Assembly: GCA_965235115.1 (NCBI GenBank)
Contig: OZ249436.1
Location: forward strand, 18,168,001-18,232,000
Source of the DNA: Laetmonice hystrix
Lineage: Eukaryota
Reading direction: 5' to 3'
DNA: 64,000 nt
Shown: positions 1-12,712 of the stretch, in pieces
Position numbering within the stretch: the stretch's first letter is position 1
How the letters are laid out: each line of letters begins with the position of its first letter
The notes under the pieces: model-generated
Told to the model about the DNA's origin: nothing
Databases searched by the model: none
The model's input: only the letters and a program-made list of their open reading frames with translations
Made by a program: the position numbers and the translations under genes

Positions 1-342
1 GGCACCCACCCATGTCATGGCACGGTAGGGGACACTGGCACCCGCCGATGTCATGGCACGGTAGGGGACACTGGCACCCGCCCATGTCATGGCACGGTAG
101 GAGACACTGGCACCCACCCATGTCATGGCACGGTAGGGGACACTGGCACCCACCCATGTCATGGCATGGTAGGGGACACTGGCACCCACCCATGTCATGG
201 CACGGTAGGGGACACTGTTACCCACCCATGTCATGGCACGGTAGGGGACACTGGCACCCACCCATGTCATGGCACGGTAGGGGACACTGGCACCCACCCA
301 TGTCATGGCACGGTAGGGGACACTGGCACCCACCCATGTCAT
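1..342. repeat. 36-bp minisatellite (GGCACCCACCCATGTCATGGCACGGTAGGGGACACT), ~9.5 copies, cut by window start
   Basis: Near-identical tandem units read directly; lies upstream of the PITPNC1-like terminal exon, so probably intronic. Confidence 0.97.
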
Positions 343-490
343 AGAACGCAGGCAAATTATTATGGCTGCAATATATGCGGCACAGGCAGAAAGCTATAAC
401 ATTAACAGATTAACATTTTGCCCATTATTCTGATGGTATAAAGTGCATAATAAATTGTTAAAAACATGCCAGTGAAAGCTGGGTGTCATT

Positions 491-731
491 CAGGGGCGGA
501 TTTAGGGGGGGGGGCGAGGGGACCCGGCCCCCCTTTCGTCAGGGTACCAATCAGAAAAAATTTTGTTGTTCGCAACTAAAAGCAATCATTTTGCTTTCTT
601 AGAATGCAGGAAATGCCATTTCAGAGACTCAAAATTGTCCGGGGGGCATGCCCCCAGACCCCCTTAGCAGGGCTCGGGCTTTGCCATCAGACGACCCCCC
701 CCCCATTTCCAAAATCCTGGCTCCGCCCCTG
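491..731. mobile_element. Short non-autonomous DNA element with CAGGGGCGG...CCGCCCCTG termini (hAT-like MITE)
   Basis: Inverted termini caggggcggattt / aaatcctggctccgcccctg with internal poly-G/poly-C; no clear TSD. Confidence 0.6.
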
Positions 732-1137
732 ATATTTACATTGTGTTTATGGTAAAGGCAAAAAGAAAACGTGGTAAAGGCAACCCCCCCCCCCACCCAC
801 CCCTACCCAGAATAGAAGAAGAAAGAAAATGTTTCTTATGTTAAATGATAACATTTTCTCTCGCTTTTTCAAAGGGATTTCTATTGAGGAACAATATGGC
901 AAAAGCTACAGAAGAGACTCTGTCTTATTCCTTTTAGACCACCCATCACAATTAAAGATGATTTGTATGGATCATGGGATTTGCTTACACCAAACAGGAC
1001 TCGGTATAGGATGGGAAATTTGGAAATAGAATTTGAAACTCCTTGCATAGTGACAAAGACGTTGATTCTCCAAACCAACCCATCTTAGCTCATGATCTGA
1101 CATGGCTTCTGTTTCATTCTTCCTTCCTTCCTTGCAG

Positions 1138-1301
1138 GAATGACATTGGAGGACATCCGGAACTACGAGACAGAAATGCATTCAGAAACCAACAAAAAGG
1201 TGGGTGTAACGGTGTACGACTCGCCCGCCTCCGCGTCGCCCTCCACGCCGACCAACACACCGACGGGTAACACGCCCGAAGACAAGGACCCGGCTGAGTG
1301 A
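1138..1301 (+). CDS. PITPNC1: Terminal coding exon of cytoplasmic phosphatidylinositol transfer protein (PITPNC1/RdgB-beta-like); upstream exons outside window
   Basis: Strong acceptor ttccttccttccttgcag| then phase-1 frame MTLEDIRNYETEMHSETNKKVGVTVYDSPASASPSTPTNTPTGNTPEDKDPAE*; resembles the PITP C-terminal helix of PITPNC1 (MTMDEVREFERATQEATNKKIG) followed by a Ser/Pro/Thr-rich tail. Confidence 0.8.
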
Positions 1302-2323
1302 CCGTAGGCGGGCCCCTGTCCGCGGGCCCCTGTCCGCAGGCGGCCCGCGGACCCTTGTCTGCCGGCCGCCATCAGCCGGCATATCAGCTCCAAGTACTTA
1401 CAGCCATTCGCTTAGACCACCGTGTAGTAACCGGCAGGCGAACTGATGACGGTACAGAGTCTTTATTTTCAGATTACAGTGGCCACAGGGTTTAACCGAT
1501 TACATGACATATATTATGTTCTAGTAAAATGAGCAGTTATCAACAGGTATGAGAGTTGCTGGAAGAACGTTATTCATGTATAGAACACCCACAGACACGC
1601 ACACCCAACCACAGACACAGCACACCAGTAGTTGACAGACTCATATCATATTGTAGACCAAGTGAGATCAAAGAAAATGTGATTTTTTTGTCATAACTAA
1701 AAAGATATTTGGCCAGTACATTGTAATTGGAAGAGGCCAGTGGTGTGCTATACATGGCATGGAATAGGCCTACAATTCCTGACAAAGTAACTGTAATGAA
1801 TAAATGAGCATCCTGAGATGTTTATGATGCAGTGGAATATCTCAGTCAGGCACGTATCTTGCCAATGCATGTCGAGTACCGGAATGATGCTATTACAGAA
1901 TAGTTTAACTGGATAAAAAAGTGTAAGAAAGTTTGAAAAGGGCAACCTAGTTTACCATGCTTCTTTCTACTGGATCATTTATATCTAAGAGGAACTTAGA
2001 TGCAGAAAACGTAATTACTGGCGAAAATAGTTTATTTGCTGGACATTACCTTACTGTGTACAAAGAAGCAATTTTACAGTATCCTTTTTTATAGAGTATG
2101 ATTAGATTTTTGTGTTGCCTTGCTTTTAGTGCTTTAGCAGAGCAGTCTGAAGAACGCATTAGGGATCTTGACCAATGCGAAATGCTTCAACCCACTTATC
2201 TCAAATTTAACTTAAATTTAACTTACAAATGTGGCAACAAGTGGTGTTTCAAGGTTCCTCTGAAGCTTTTAGATCAAATTTGGACTGGACTCGTCAATTT
2301 TATGGACCGACAATGGTTTAAAT

Positions 2324-2472
2324 GGATTGAATTTTAAAATGAGTTTCGTCCGTCAGCGCAGCGATACAGAACTAAGAAGGATAGTATATTCTGGATTGAA
2401 TTTTTAAAAGAGTCTCGTCCGTCAGCCCAGCAATACAGAAGGATACCTTCGTCGGGATTGAATTTTAAAACG
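2324..2472. repeat. Degenerate tandem repeat, ~60-70-bp unit, 2-3 copies
   Basis: GGATTGAATTTTAAAA recurs at ~2324, ~2393 and ~2455; the first two copies continue with CGTCCGTCAGC...ATACAGAA. Confidence 0.75.
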
Positions 2473-3137
2473 AGGATACTCTCGTCTGTTCCATCTTTTT
2501 CCAATCAAACCGATTCCACAACAATCCTGGTTAGTAAATATAGCACTGCGTCTTCAGACGATAGCCTCGCCTTGACTATTGAAACACAGGAACATCACAA
2601 GATCAAACCGTAGGTGGAAGATTTATACAGGATAGTTTCTCCGCTCCTGAGGACTCTAGATTTGGAGCAAGTCGGCAACAAGGCTCACAGTTAAAGTACC
2701 ACCCTAACTCTAATAACCAAAGGATTTCAAAGATTGTCCTGCAACCGGTGCGCAAAAGATGAATCTTGAAGCCTGTAGAAGGCGTTTCCTCCTTTTTTCC
2801 AATGGGGAGGGTGTATCATCAGCCCAGCTGTGAGGAACGAATGCCGGGGCTGATCGTATTGACTTTGAAAAACCGTCACAATTTCTGTCTCAAGATGCAG
2901 GAAAATAGCGTTTTTTGGGCCTTCTTTCTGTCAAACATTTTCTGGGGGAGGATTCCCCTTCACATGTTCGCCTCGCATCTTCGGCGCTCACGCCCCCCCC
3001 CCCCCCCCCAAATCCCGTTTCGTCCAGTACTGGATCCGCGCCTGAATGCTTCAGTCTGTTACATCTATCGACTAGTGGGTACCACGAGAAGGCCTATTAT
3101 GCCCTACTCGTTCTTTGTTGGCAATATTTTGTACATG

Positions 3138-3304
3138 CAGTGGCGTACCCGGGGGGGGGGGTGCTTGGGGTGCTCAAGCACCCCCCTCAATTCGCCCAAT
3201 TTTTTTTTTCGTGCGCTTGTTGCCTCATAAAAGCCGTAAAAAATAAGACTACGACGTTGGTTATTTCCAGCACCCCCTGGGTCCAGTTTCTGGGTACGCC
3301 ACTG
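3138..3304. mobile_element. hAT-like MITE with 5-bp TSD
   Basis: TIRs cagtggcgtaccc / gggtacgccactg; ACATG flanks both sides (3133-3137, 3305-3309). Confidence 0.75.
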
Positions 3305-3442
3305 ACATGGTTCATTATATTAAGGTACTGACTGTACAGTTTGTTTTTGTGCAACAGGCTTCAGGATCAGAGGAACCTCTCCAGACAGCCCTGATCCACT
3401 AAGGCAATTTACCTTGCGACGGCCAGGCGATATTTTATTTAA

Positions 3443-3609
3443 AGCGACAGTCTCGACCGTTAGACCATGCTCGCAGCCACCTAGTGGCCTCTTTGATAAC
3501 TATGACCATCCTATGCTGTAGCATATAGAACTGACGTCTATAAATAGCACATTGACCGTTAGGATCCCCCCCCCCCCATTGCACATTGCTGAAAGACGAG
3601 ACTGCCGCT
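3443..3609. mobile_element. Kolobok-like MITE
   Basis: TTAA on both sides (3439-3442, 3610-3613); AG..CT termini; TIRs agcgacagtctcg / cgagactgccgct. Confidence 0.7.
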
Positions 3610-4211
3610 TTAATGGTGGAATTTCACTCTGAATTCTTTCCTGGCTGGCCTTCCTTGTAAACTTAAGGAAATGGGTTCCATCCTTTAACCACAGTAAAAT
3701 AACAGGGTGATGTCAAAATCTCGTGGACGTCGTAAGGAAAATCGCCTTAGTGCATTAGGCCCTTTAGATGAATCCATTAATCCTGGCTCATTGTAAACGG
3801 CGTGTGCAAATTGAAAGGAAACAATCTCGGGTTAATGTTGTCTGTAACCGACAGGGAGCACTGCATGCACTGGATGCAGGTAGCGCCGTATCGTGGCGCA
3901 ACTCCTGGTAGGTGTTTGTCTCGTGGGAAAAGATATTAGATGGGCTTTGTCTAGAATAATATAGCTTAAGTTAATCTTTAATTAAAGTTTCATGAAAAAG
4001 ATTAAGATAATTTTCCCCAATGAATATGGGCTAGCTATACCAATCGTTTAGACTTTAATAGATTTAAGAAAGAATTTTTTGAAAGTGAAAATTTAAGTGC
4101 GAACATCGCATGCTTTCACAACTGGCTTTACCGTTCCACCTTAAGGGAGGATGAAGCTAATTTTGTACTTTCGAAGGTCAGTGTTAAAGATGCGGAGATG
4201 AATTCAGCGTC

Positions 4212-4990
4212 TTTTTTTAGCTCCCAACCCGAAGGGGCAGCTAGGAGCTTTTAATTCGCCCTCCGTCTGTACGTCTAGAGTCGAGACAGCGATTTCTCAG
4301 AAGTGTATGGGTCAAATTGTATAAAACTTTACACATGAAAATCAGGGACAGTCTGAGGATGATGCACGTGAAACAAAATGGCCGCTTTATAGCCATCTTG
4401 GATATAAGTACATTTCTAGCAATAACTCGAACCAAACAATTCCGACTTCTTTCAGATTTGGTGCAAAGAAGGAACATATGAGGCGCAATGTAGGCTATAT
4501 GCCAATGTATTCTCAGTTCAGAGCAAATATTATATGGCGACATGGCGGCCATATTTGTTCTTTTTACCTACAAAATAACACTGCTTTGGCTCATATCTGG
4601 AAAATGGTGCAATATAACGCAATAGTTAGTATTATTGACAGATAAGAAGTCATAGATGAACTTTTGTTTGGCACCATATTCAATGACCTGTGACCTTGAG
4701 AGGGTTCATCAAGGTCATACATATTTTCAATGGACTCTACCTCTAAAACAGTTGAAAATGATGACATAATCTTGCATGAAACGTTAAATAATGATCAGGG
4801 ACACTCTAAGGATGACACAGTTCAAAAATATTTTTAATATTTGAAATGCCGCTTGGTGGCCATCTTGATTATAAACACACTTTGAGCAATAACTCGGACA
4901 GAATTGTCTGGATTTCTTTCAACCTTGGTGACAAAAGAAGGCATATGAGGGCCAACAATTTATTTTGTGTTCAGATTAAATATAAGTGGA
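4212..4990 (+). mobile_element. Helentron-associated (HINE/DINE-like) non-autonomous element
   Basis: Starts TTTTTTTAGCTCCC..GAAG..GAGCTTTT followed by ccgtctgt; internal diverged repeats (caataactcg...gaaggaacatatgagg near 4420 and 4888); family call from resemblance to known invertebrate elements. Confidence 0.5.
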
Positions 4991-7900
4991 CAAGGGAACC
5001 ATACTTTCTATAAACTAAAGGAAGGAAGTCATTATGTTTCATTTCTCAGTATTTCCGTTTACATTGAGTGAAGTGAAGTCAGTCAATTCAAGGTCAGGGA
5101 AATTTTCGGCGATTCCTACCTCTTGGGTTTTTGTTTGTTTGGTTTTTGTGTGTTTTGGGTTTTTTTTCATTATAAATGAACACAAGGGAATTTTGTTGAT
5201 GTTAGCATCAGATACGAGTGTTGGTGTCATAATATTATGATTTTGAGACTGGAGGGGAGAAGGGGAAATATTATTCCACATTATCGGAGTTAGTTAGTTC
5301 TTCAGGATCAGTCTATTATTATACACGGGAGTGGGGTATATCCCCCCGTGGTAACTTAACCACAACGAAATTTGATCAAAAGTAAAAATCCTTAGCCCAA
5401 GCCCCTAACCCCGGTCCCTACACCTCCCAAAAACATATCCCTATCCTTACCCCTGACCTTACCCCGAACCCCTGCCCAACGTTTTTGTGGGCCAGCAGGG
5501 GCCAGGGTCACCGTCTCTTAACCCTGACTCGCCCGTCGTGTAGGTTGTAACTGTACGAATGGATGCATACCTTTGTATATGGCAGATAGAGAAAAAATGA
5601 CGTGTCTTAAAAGTATACCCAACATCCATGATACAGCTTTCTGCTTTTTAAGGGGACTCATTTAACTGGGTACCATAGTGATACGAGTTTACCTGTTGAA
5701 GGTTGTGATAGACTATGCCTGGTGACAATTGTGATTTGCAAGTACGTGTACACACGCATGTTACCGTACTCGGTATGTAGGTACACTACAGATGTACGAG
5801 GTAAGCAAGAACATGACCGGGTTGTTGATGTGGAGAACGTATTAGTTAAAAATGGTGAAATATCAACACAGCCACATGAGATTAAAACAATGTGGAGCAC
5901 GGGTACAAGATGAGCATTTGTCAACCGACGGGAGGGTAGAGGGAATAAGTACATTTTGGGTAAATTGTAACCTGCATTGAAAATAACAGAAAATGTAGTA
6001 GAAGGGTCGTGCCCGATTACAATCGCTTTATTAGTTCATCTATTCATTCGTATAAAAATCAGGATGATACTAGACATAGGTGTATTGACTGATGTATATC
6101 TGAAAATCAGAAAGGACGTGTGTTTCACACTAAATACTGGCCATGCTATGATTGTTAACGGATGTTACTCATTGGTTTACGTTTGAAATGAAAGTCGTTG
6201 AACGGTATGCATGTATGAACCACATGGCTCGGATTCCGAAGATATTTTTAAAAAGGAATTTATACAGTTTAGTCATAGTCTGCAGCAACTTACGAGAGTC
6301 TGAGAGACAGTCATGTCAGAAATATTGAAATTGTCATGTAGATTAGCTTTAAAAGGCGGTGTATACCTATTTTATTTGTCATAATAATATTATGTTGGAC
6401 ATCAATCAGATTAACGCAGTGAGTGGCATTGTAAGTGATCCGTACGTTGGGATCAACGGTACTAACTATAAATAAGTCGATAATTGTTTACGTTTTTAGA
6501 TATTTTATTTTTTCTTACATTCCAGTGTACATTTTCGGAATGCACGGAAATCATATTTATGTAGGAATAACTCCCGATACCATTTCTTTTGATATCTGCT
6601 CACAGATTAATAATTAATATCTTTAAACGAATCTCACATGCACTCTCGAAGTTCTATAATGATTCACACTGAGTTGTAGGTAATTTGTAGGTAAATAAAA
6701 ACCAAAAAGAGACGAATCCCTTACAAGTTACAGGTTTAGAATCCACACGTCCCGTTCATGCGTGTGATCCCTTTTCATGTATGACAGTAGAGTTGACGCG
6801 CCCCCTCCCCCAGAAACACGATTCTAGTGTTAACATCGACACTGAGATGACCCGCATATCATGTCCTTGGTTTACTCGATTACCCAGTAGTTGACAACAA
6901 TCTGTACGGTGGTGTACGTGTATTTGTAAATGTGGAGAGATCTGGCCGAGTCGTAGTCGTAGTCCTTACTCGCAGTACGGCGGGTACAGATATTCTCTCC
7001 ATACTGTCCGGTATCACTCGGTTGATTATGTGATCGAGTACATGTAATGTTCATGCGGTGGTATGCAGGTGATTTCTTCAGAACTTGTAAAAGGCTAGTA
7101 AGAGAGTATATGTAGTTGAAAGTATTGCATGTGAAACCAAAGGAATAATGTTTTCCAGTGCCAATGCCAGACGGTTTGGTCCAGATCCCCCGGCATTTCA
7201 TAAATGTCATTGATGTTTTGAACCAGATACAATACATCGATATCGCTTGCCTTATATGGGTGAATACATATGGTGTAGTTTTGGACCAAGGTACTAAATA
7301 AAGAAGTTGTGTTAAAAAAATATTGTTTGTTCACAGCAGCAATTTATATAACGGTAGCTGTGGCACGTTGATTAGTTGTATCTAGATTCATCCGTTACTG
7401 TTGTTAGTTACCCCGTAAAGTATGACTTGAGGGGGCATGAAGCGCCCCACCCCCCGCCAGGCCAGGCCAGGCCAGGCCTCCATAGAATGTAGGATTAACA
7501 CCGGGGTGGTGAGGTGACATGGTGCCACCAGTATCGTAATAATAAAACTGTTGTCAGCAACTGAGATACAAACCGCTCTTGTCATTTTCGCACTTCAACT
7601 TTCTTCAGAAGTTCCCCTTTCTCTAATTCTTCAGGCTTCTAATTACAAGAGTCATGTTGCAGACTTACAGAAAGTCTTCGTTTTAACCCTGATGATATAA
7701 GTCCTGTAATATAGCAAAGCCCGTGAATCCAAGAAAGAAGGTATCTAAATTTTGGAATTTAAACAAAGCAAATGCAGATGAAAATAGTCGCCAATTCGAA
7801 CCGAACTGGATGGAAACTTTTTTTCAAGTTTGAGACCACTATCAGAAAATGGTATAGCAACATATTCATTAACATAATGCCTGCCATATTAGGTCTACTT

Positions 7901-8104
7901 GTGTTTTTGAGTTGATTAATGGGTAAATTTCATTTTCTATTTATTTAGCACCATCTACCCCTCGACATATTGATCTTTTTCTTTTGCTTTCCTACCCAAG
8001 TAAACATTGGGAGGAAACGAACAACTGTACGATAAAATGGCGTTATTTACAAGACGTCTGCCCACCAAACTGTAGTTTGCTCGTCCACAGACCTTCAATT
8101 AGGT

Positions 8105-9320
8105 CTATTTCCTGCGAATTTTCGTTTGCCGACTCCGTGGAGCTTCCGAGTCATCGGGCATAAAAGTAAGAATCTCTTTGTAGGAGATGATTGTGCAGAG
8201 AATAAGGCAGGCCACGGAGAACAACGTCAGCGTGATGGAAGATGAGTACCTTACGTGACCGATGTTACAGGCGTCATATGACAGGAAGTTGTTGAGTTTG
8301 TGACTTCCTTGCATAACGTGTAATACTCCACTAAAAAGGAAAGAGGCTGAAAGAAAATCAGAAAGAAAACATATCTTAAAAACAATGACAGAGGGCCGGT
8401 GACGTGCACTTGCAAGATAATCTTATATTGTAGTAGGACCTGCGGTAAGGAAGTGGTCTTCTAACTAGGTCTAACAGATCTAAGTAGGATAGTTCAGAAA
8501 TTATTAAAAGCACCATTATATGCACCATTATATCATCTTACGCCAAGGTTTGTTGTGAACTTACCAATTCCTAAACAAGCAAACGCAATTCCTTGTGCTG
8601 CCTCTGAAGCTAAAGAGCCTGGAGCCAAACAGAAGCCTATGACCAGGAAAAGCGTTAGGACTGACCCCACACATCCGGAAACTTCCAGCACTCGCGTTCC
8701 CGTCATCCAGACTGAACAAATCAAGAAAGAAGAAGAAAAAAGGATGCAAAAGTGACAATATTTGTGAAGCTTTGCGCATAATTTATATTTATAAGAATTA
8801 TTTTGTTACAAACTGCAATTTTGCCCCTTTCAAACAGCATGCCTGTTGCAGAACTGTCGCATCCAAATCTAGTGCAAAGGCATGCACAATAGGACACATT
8901 GTCTTTATACAGTTAAATTGCTGTTCAGCAATATGTAGCAAGAAGGCCTGCTATTGCCTGTCATCTAGTAGGTTCTCGGTAATCATTGTCTTTTTCCTGT
9001 TTTCTTTTATAAATAACTCTTGTGGCCAGGCCATCGTATTTTATACCTGGTAGTTGATAGCCCTGTTGTAAGGAGTTCTCAAGGGGCGAGCACTTCTCGG
9101 TGGGGATGAACAGAGAGTCTCGAGAATGGTTGCGTCCACACACAGTCCACAGCCCAATTGTGTATGTGACGTCATTGGTGATTGCTGTGGGGTCCCGGCA
9201 CTTGACGACGAACCAGTTTGGTAGAAGTATCCCGGCCAGAGCCGACACCACTGCCCCGAGCAGAAATACCGTTAGCACATAGATCCAACCTTTGGGAGAT
9301 GTGTCCTTCATCTTCCTCAT
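8105..9320 (-). CDS. PMP22/EMP/claudin-family tetraspan membrane protein, ~220 aa, 3 coding exons: 9320-9047, 8711-8565, 8346-8105
   Basis: Both GT-AG introns are phase 1 and join in frame: TM1 (WIYVLTVFLLGAVVSALAGILLPNW), ECL1 with the W...GLW..C...C signature (IGLWTVCG...EKCSP), TM2 (VLEVSGCVGSVLTLFLVIGFCL), TM3 (GIAFACLGIASFLFSGVL), TM4 (SITLTLFSVACLILCTII), basic tail. Confidence 0.88.
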
Positions 9321-11866
9321 CTGTCACGGAATCAAATGTTTGGCTGATTCCCGAGTCCCTAGAAAAAGTGGGCAAGTGGCTATACATTCCATCATTTTGC
9401 ATACATGCCTGGAGATGACTTCTTATGGTAAGAGATTTGATGAAGGCCTAATGACCATTTCCATACAAATATTTAGATCAAGTAAGGGTGAGGATCTTAT
9501 ACATTAACGCCACTTCTATATTATTATACAACATGTCTGTTATGCCATTCCGAAAAATATTGAAGAGTTTCAAACGTCGAATTCTTTTCTAAAATCAGTG
9601 CCGATTTTTTTTATATTTTTCTTAATGAATCCCTTGAATACGAACTTATCTTTAAAAAAACCTACATAGGGGCTGTGTAGGCCTATTAGGTAAAGAGTAG
9701 ATTCTATCGGATCGCCGGTTCCTTTTCAAACGTCTAGCGACCAGATTGCTGGCACACAATAAACGCCGTTGAGCCAGATGTTTTCACGACAAATTGCTGA
9801 ACCGAGACTTGCCGGTCCAATTCGTGAACAAATTGACACTGTATGGGCCTGTTTGTGGTATTAGTCTAACATATCGGTAAAATGTCGGCTACACCGTATG
9901 TCCATAATGTAAACCAACCGGGTATAGGGCAACATGATCTCTACCTCTGTGTTGCTCTAGTATTAAAGTTTGTGACCTAGCATGAGCCCTCGCCAAAGCA
10001 ACGAAAAGGTTCTTTGGTGGACAGAACTAATGACATTGTTGCCTTTTCAAAGCGAGATACAATATATTTCAAACGTGTTAAGTATTACAACCCGGAAGAT
10101 ATTGACTAAATCAGAAGCAGTTTGCTTAAAACAAGAATTCAGTTAAGAATTTGTTTGAAAAAGTTTTGAAAAAGGATGTCGGTCTATTATGTGAGAGGCT
10201 ACTCAATGTGAACAGGGCTGGGGCTGGGCACGCGCCCGCCCCATTTGCCTTTCTTGTCAGTAAACCTGTAATATTTTGCAGCTGTCCAATCTGAACGCTT
10301 AGTACATGTATGTCTGAAACGGGAGCATGATTTATACCAAATGTGTAGTTCAGGTCAGGCTGCCCTTATTCAGTTATTCAACCAGTTTGAGGGTCAGGTG
10401 GCGGAGATAATTGAGAAAGCGTCAAACGAGATCAATAGGCTATATCTGGCCGACACGACCTCGGATGTGAATGGTAACCTGGCCATTACAAATCCTCCGA
10501 TCGGCCGGTCCTGTTTAAAGGATATTATGGCTGACACGTAATCCAAGGAAGGTTAATCTAACTTATTAATCTGCAAGTGAACTGTACATGGTACAGCTTT
10601 CACGTAACTATTTCAAGGCCTTTCTTTGAGCTCTTTCTGTTTCCACTGCATCCGCGGAAGGAGGTTCTTATCCAGAAAGGGGGGGGGAGGTCGTATATAT
10701 TTTTCTGAAAATGTGAACCTTTTTTGAGAAGTAAAAAAGGTAGAGTTGTGTTCATCGGGGAAGGGGCGGCGCCATGGGTCTCGGAGTACATCGCGGGAAT
10801 CATTGAACATCATATAGGACGGTACCAAGTCAAAGCTTCTTTCTTAAAATCTATCTTGAACTCATCTTTAACAAATATTAGGCGTGTAGACGTTTAGTAC
10901 TCACCAAGGATGTTTCCGTTAGTAAGAAGACGACTTTGTAATGATATCACCACCCGTAGGTATAGACCGATTCAGAGAGGTGTCCTCGAGCAGGCGAGCG
11001 GGAATCGGTTCGGTCCGTACCGTGTCACGGTTGGCCCAATATAGTCCTGATCGTTCCCGGAGGTAGGCCTACATGTATACTAGCATCAGTTTCCAGAGCA
11101 TGACGAAGATGGCATTCTGTTGTATAGCGATGGGGGTTCTCGTGTTTAATGCAGACATTTGGCAGTTCTACCTTTATAATAATGGATGGGTCAGTATGAA
11201 AACCTTTCAAGTTTAGACGGCCTTTACGGATAGTTAAGCCTTATCGGGTCCCCGTTTTCTTGATTCCCAAAACTACCTCTAATGATCGACTAGTATGGTC
11301 GGAGTAGTAACTGATAATGACAGCAACGTTTACCTTTGTTCCCGGCGTTTATTGAAACCAGGGATAGGTCTACATAGCATGCCTGGGGTTAATTTTGTTT
11401 TCAAGTAATAGTCTACTCTTAGATGTTGTCATAACATGTACTAGGGTCGAATCAAGGTCGAGGCTAAGGTGGGGGTGTTGTGTTGTTGTGGATGTTTGAA
11501 TTGTACTTTGAGCAAGAAAAGCCGTCGTAGTATAGGCCCTATTTAAGGACAAGCAAACTGATTATCAACAAGCCAAAATGTACGAGTTGGAAGCCCTGAC
11601 CCATAGACATCGAGCAGTTCCTTGCCACCCCAGTGTAAAACAAGACAATGGGTGTGAATGCTATCTATATGCCAACCTCCTGGCTCACTGAACCAAGGCC
11701 AGTTGGCCAAGGGTTGTCTTGTAACTTAAAGAAGACAGCTTATAATCACAGTATTGTTTTATTCCGCTCTCCTCTAAGATCCAAGAAAATATTTGACAGG
11801 TATACCTACAGTTATATATTACAAAGTCCAGCTAAGGCTGCTCCTCCAAAGCAACCCTAACTGCAC

Positions 11867-12001
11867 GAAGCGTCATTTTGAAAATGACGCTCTGAATGCT
11901 CATAGTATGGAAGCGTTGTTTTTTGACGCGCCGCCCATATGTGAACGGTGTGATAGAAACCATACTGAGCCATTCAGACCGTCGTTTTCAAAATGACGCT
12001 T
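11867..12001. repeat. Imperfect inverted repeat / MITE remnant
   Basis: aagcgtcattttgaaaatgacgctctgaatg..agtatgg pairs with ccatact..cattcagaccgtcgttttcaaaatgacgctt. Confidence 0.65.
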
Positions 12002-12039
12002 GGCGCACGACGCTTGCGGCTTGACGCCCATGTGTGTCT

Positions 12040-12248
12040 GTCTGGTGATGAGGATGAGATAATACAAGAGAAAGCCGCACTGCGGGCCATGACCCTATAC
12101 TCTAATCGATAAATGGCAAGGGTTCTCTAACGTGCAATACCTGACCGTTGATAAACCAGTCGGGAACACGAGGAAGGATTCGAACCGGCAAGGAGAGCCA
12201 CTATCTGAAATGGGATGTCAGCCTCTAACCACTCGGCCACCGATCTCC
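12040..12248 (-). mobile_element. tRNA-derived SINE
   Basis: Minus strand: Pol III A box TGGCCGAGTGG (12229-12239) and B box GGTTCGAATCC (12176-12186), followed by a non-tRNA body (cccgactggtttatcaa...cccttgc...agagta) resembling Meta/MESC-type SINE cores; no complete cloverleaf. Confidence 0.75.
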
Positions 12249-12339
12249 TAATTTAGATACCTTGAACTACGTTGTGAGAACTCATTGGTATAAGAAAGTC
12301 TATTGCTATATCTGCAGCTCTTATACCCTGCTCCTTAAC

Positions 12340-12712
12340 GGCAAATAAGGTTTCGTAGACCAAATGAAACGCCAGCATTTATACCTTAGGGCAATAAACG
12401 CCACAATTACGTTGTCTGAATGAAGTAATTAGCGTGTAACTGCCCGATATGTGACGCCGCTGGTTCTTACCTTGACCTGCTTGTGTGCTCATCAGAGTCG
12501 AATGCTGCACACCACGGCATATTGCGTAACGTGTTACGTCCCAACGTTTGTAAACGTCCGAGGTGATGAACACACAAGCAGGAACCAGCCGCATCACACC
12601 TCAGGCGTTTACACGTTAATTACATGTACTTCATTCAGACAACGTAATTGTGGCATTTATTGCCCTGAGGTAAATGCTGGTGTTTCATTTGGTCTACGAA
12701 ACCTTATTTGCC
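12340..12712. mobile_element. MITE with ~100-bp terminal inverted repeats
   Basis: ggcaaataaggtttcgtagaccaaatgaaac...gtctgaatgaagta (12340-12430) is inverted at ~12620-12712. Confidence 0.85.

Noticed and set aside
1..342. CRISPR-like array (36-bp repeats)
   Set aside because: Units are directly adjacent with no unique spacers, there are no cas genes, and the context is eukaryotic
5790..6500. Decayed LINE ORF2 fragment (VKNGEISTQPHEIKTMW)
   Set aside because: Only one short suggestive peptide; no RT or endonuclease motifs could be read
7095..7334. SDIDVL peptide as a cGAS/Mab-21-like nucleotidyltransferase motif
   Set aside because: No upstream GS motif, the frame is short and closed, and a different frame explains the region better
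12170..12248. tRNA gene
   Set aside because: A and B boxes are present but there is no complete cloverleaf or acceptor stem, and it continues into a SINE-like body
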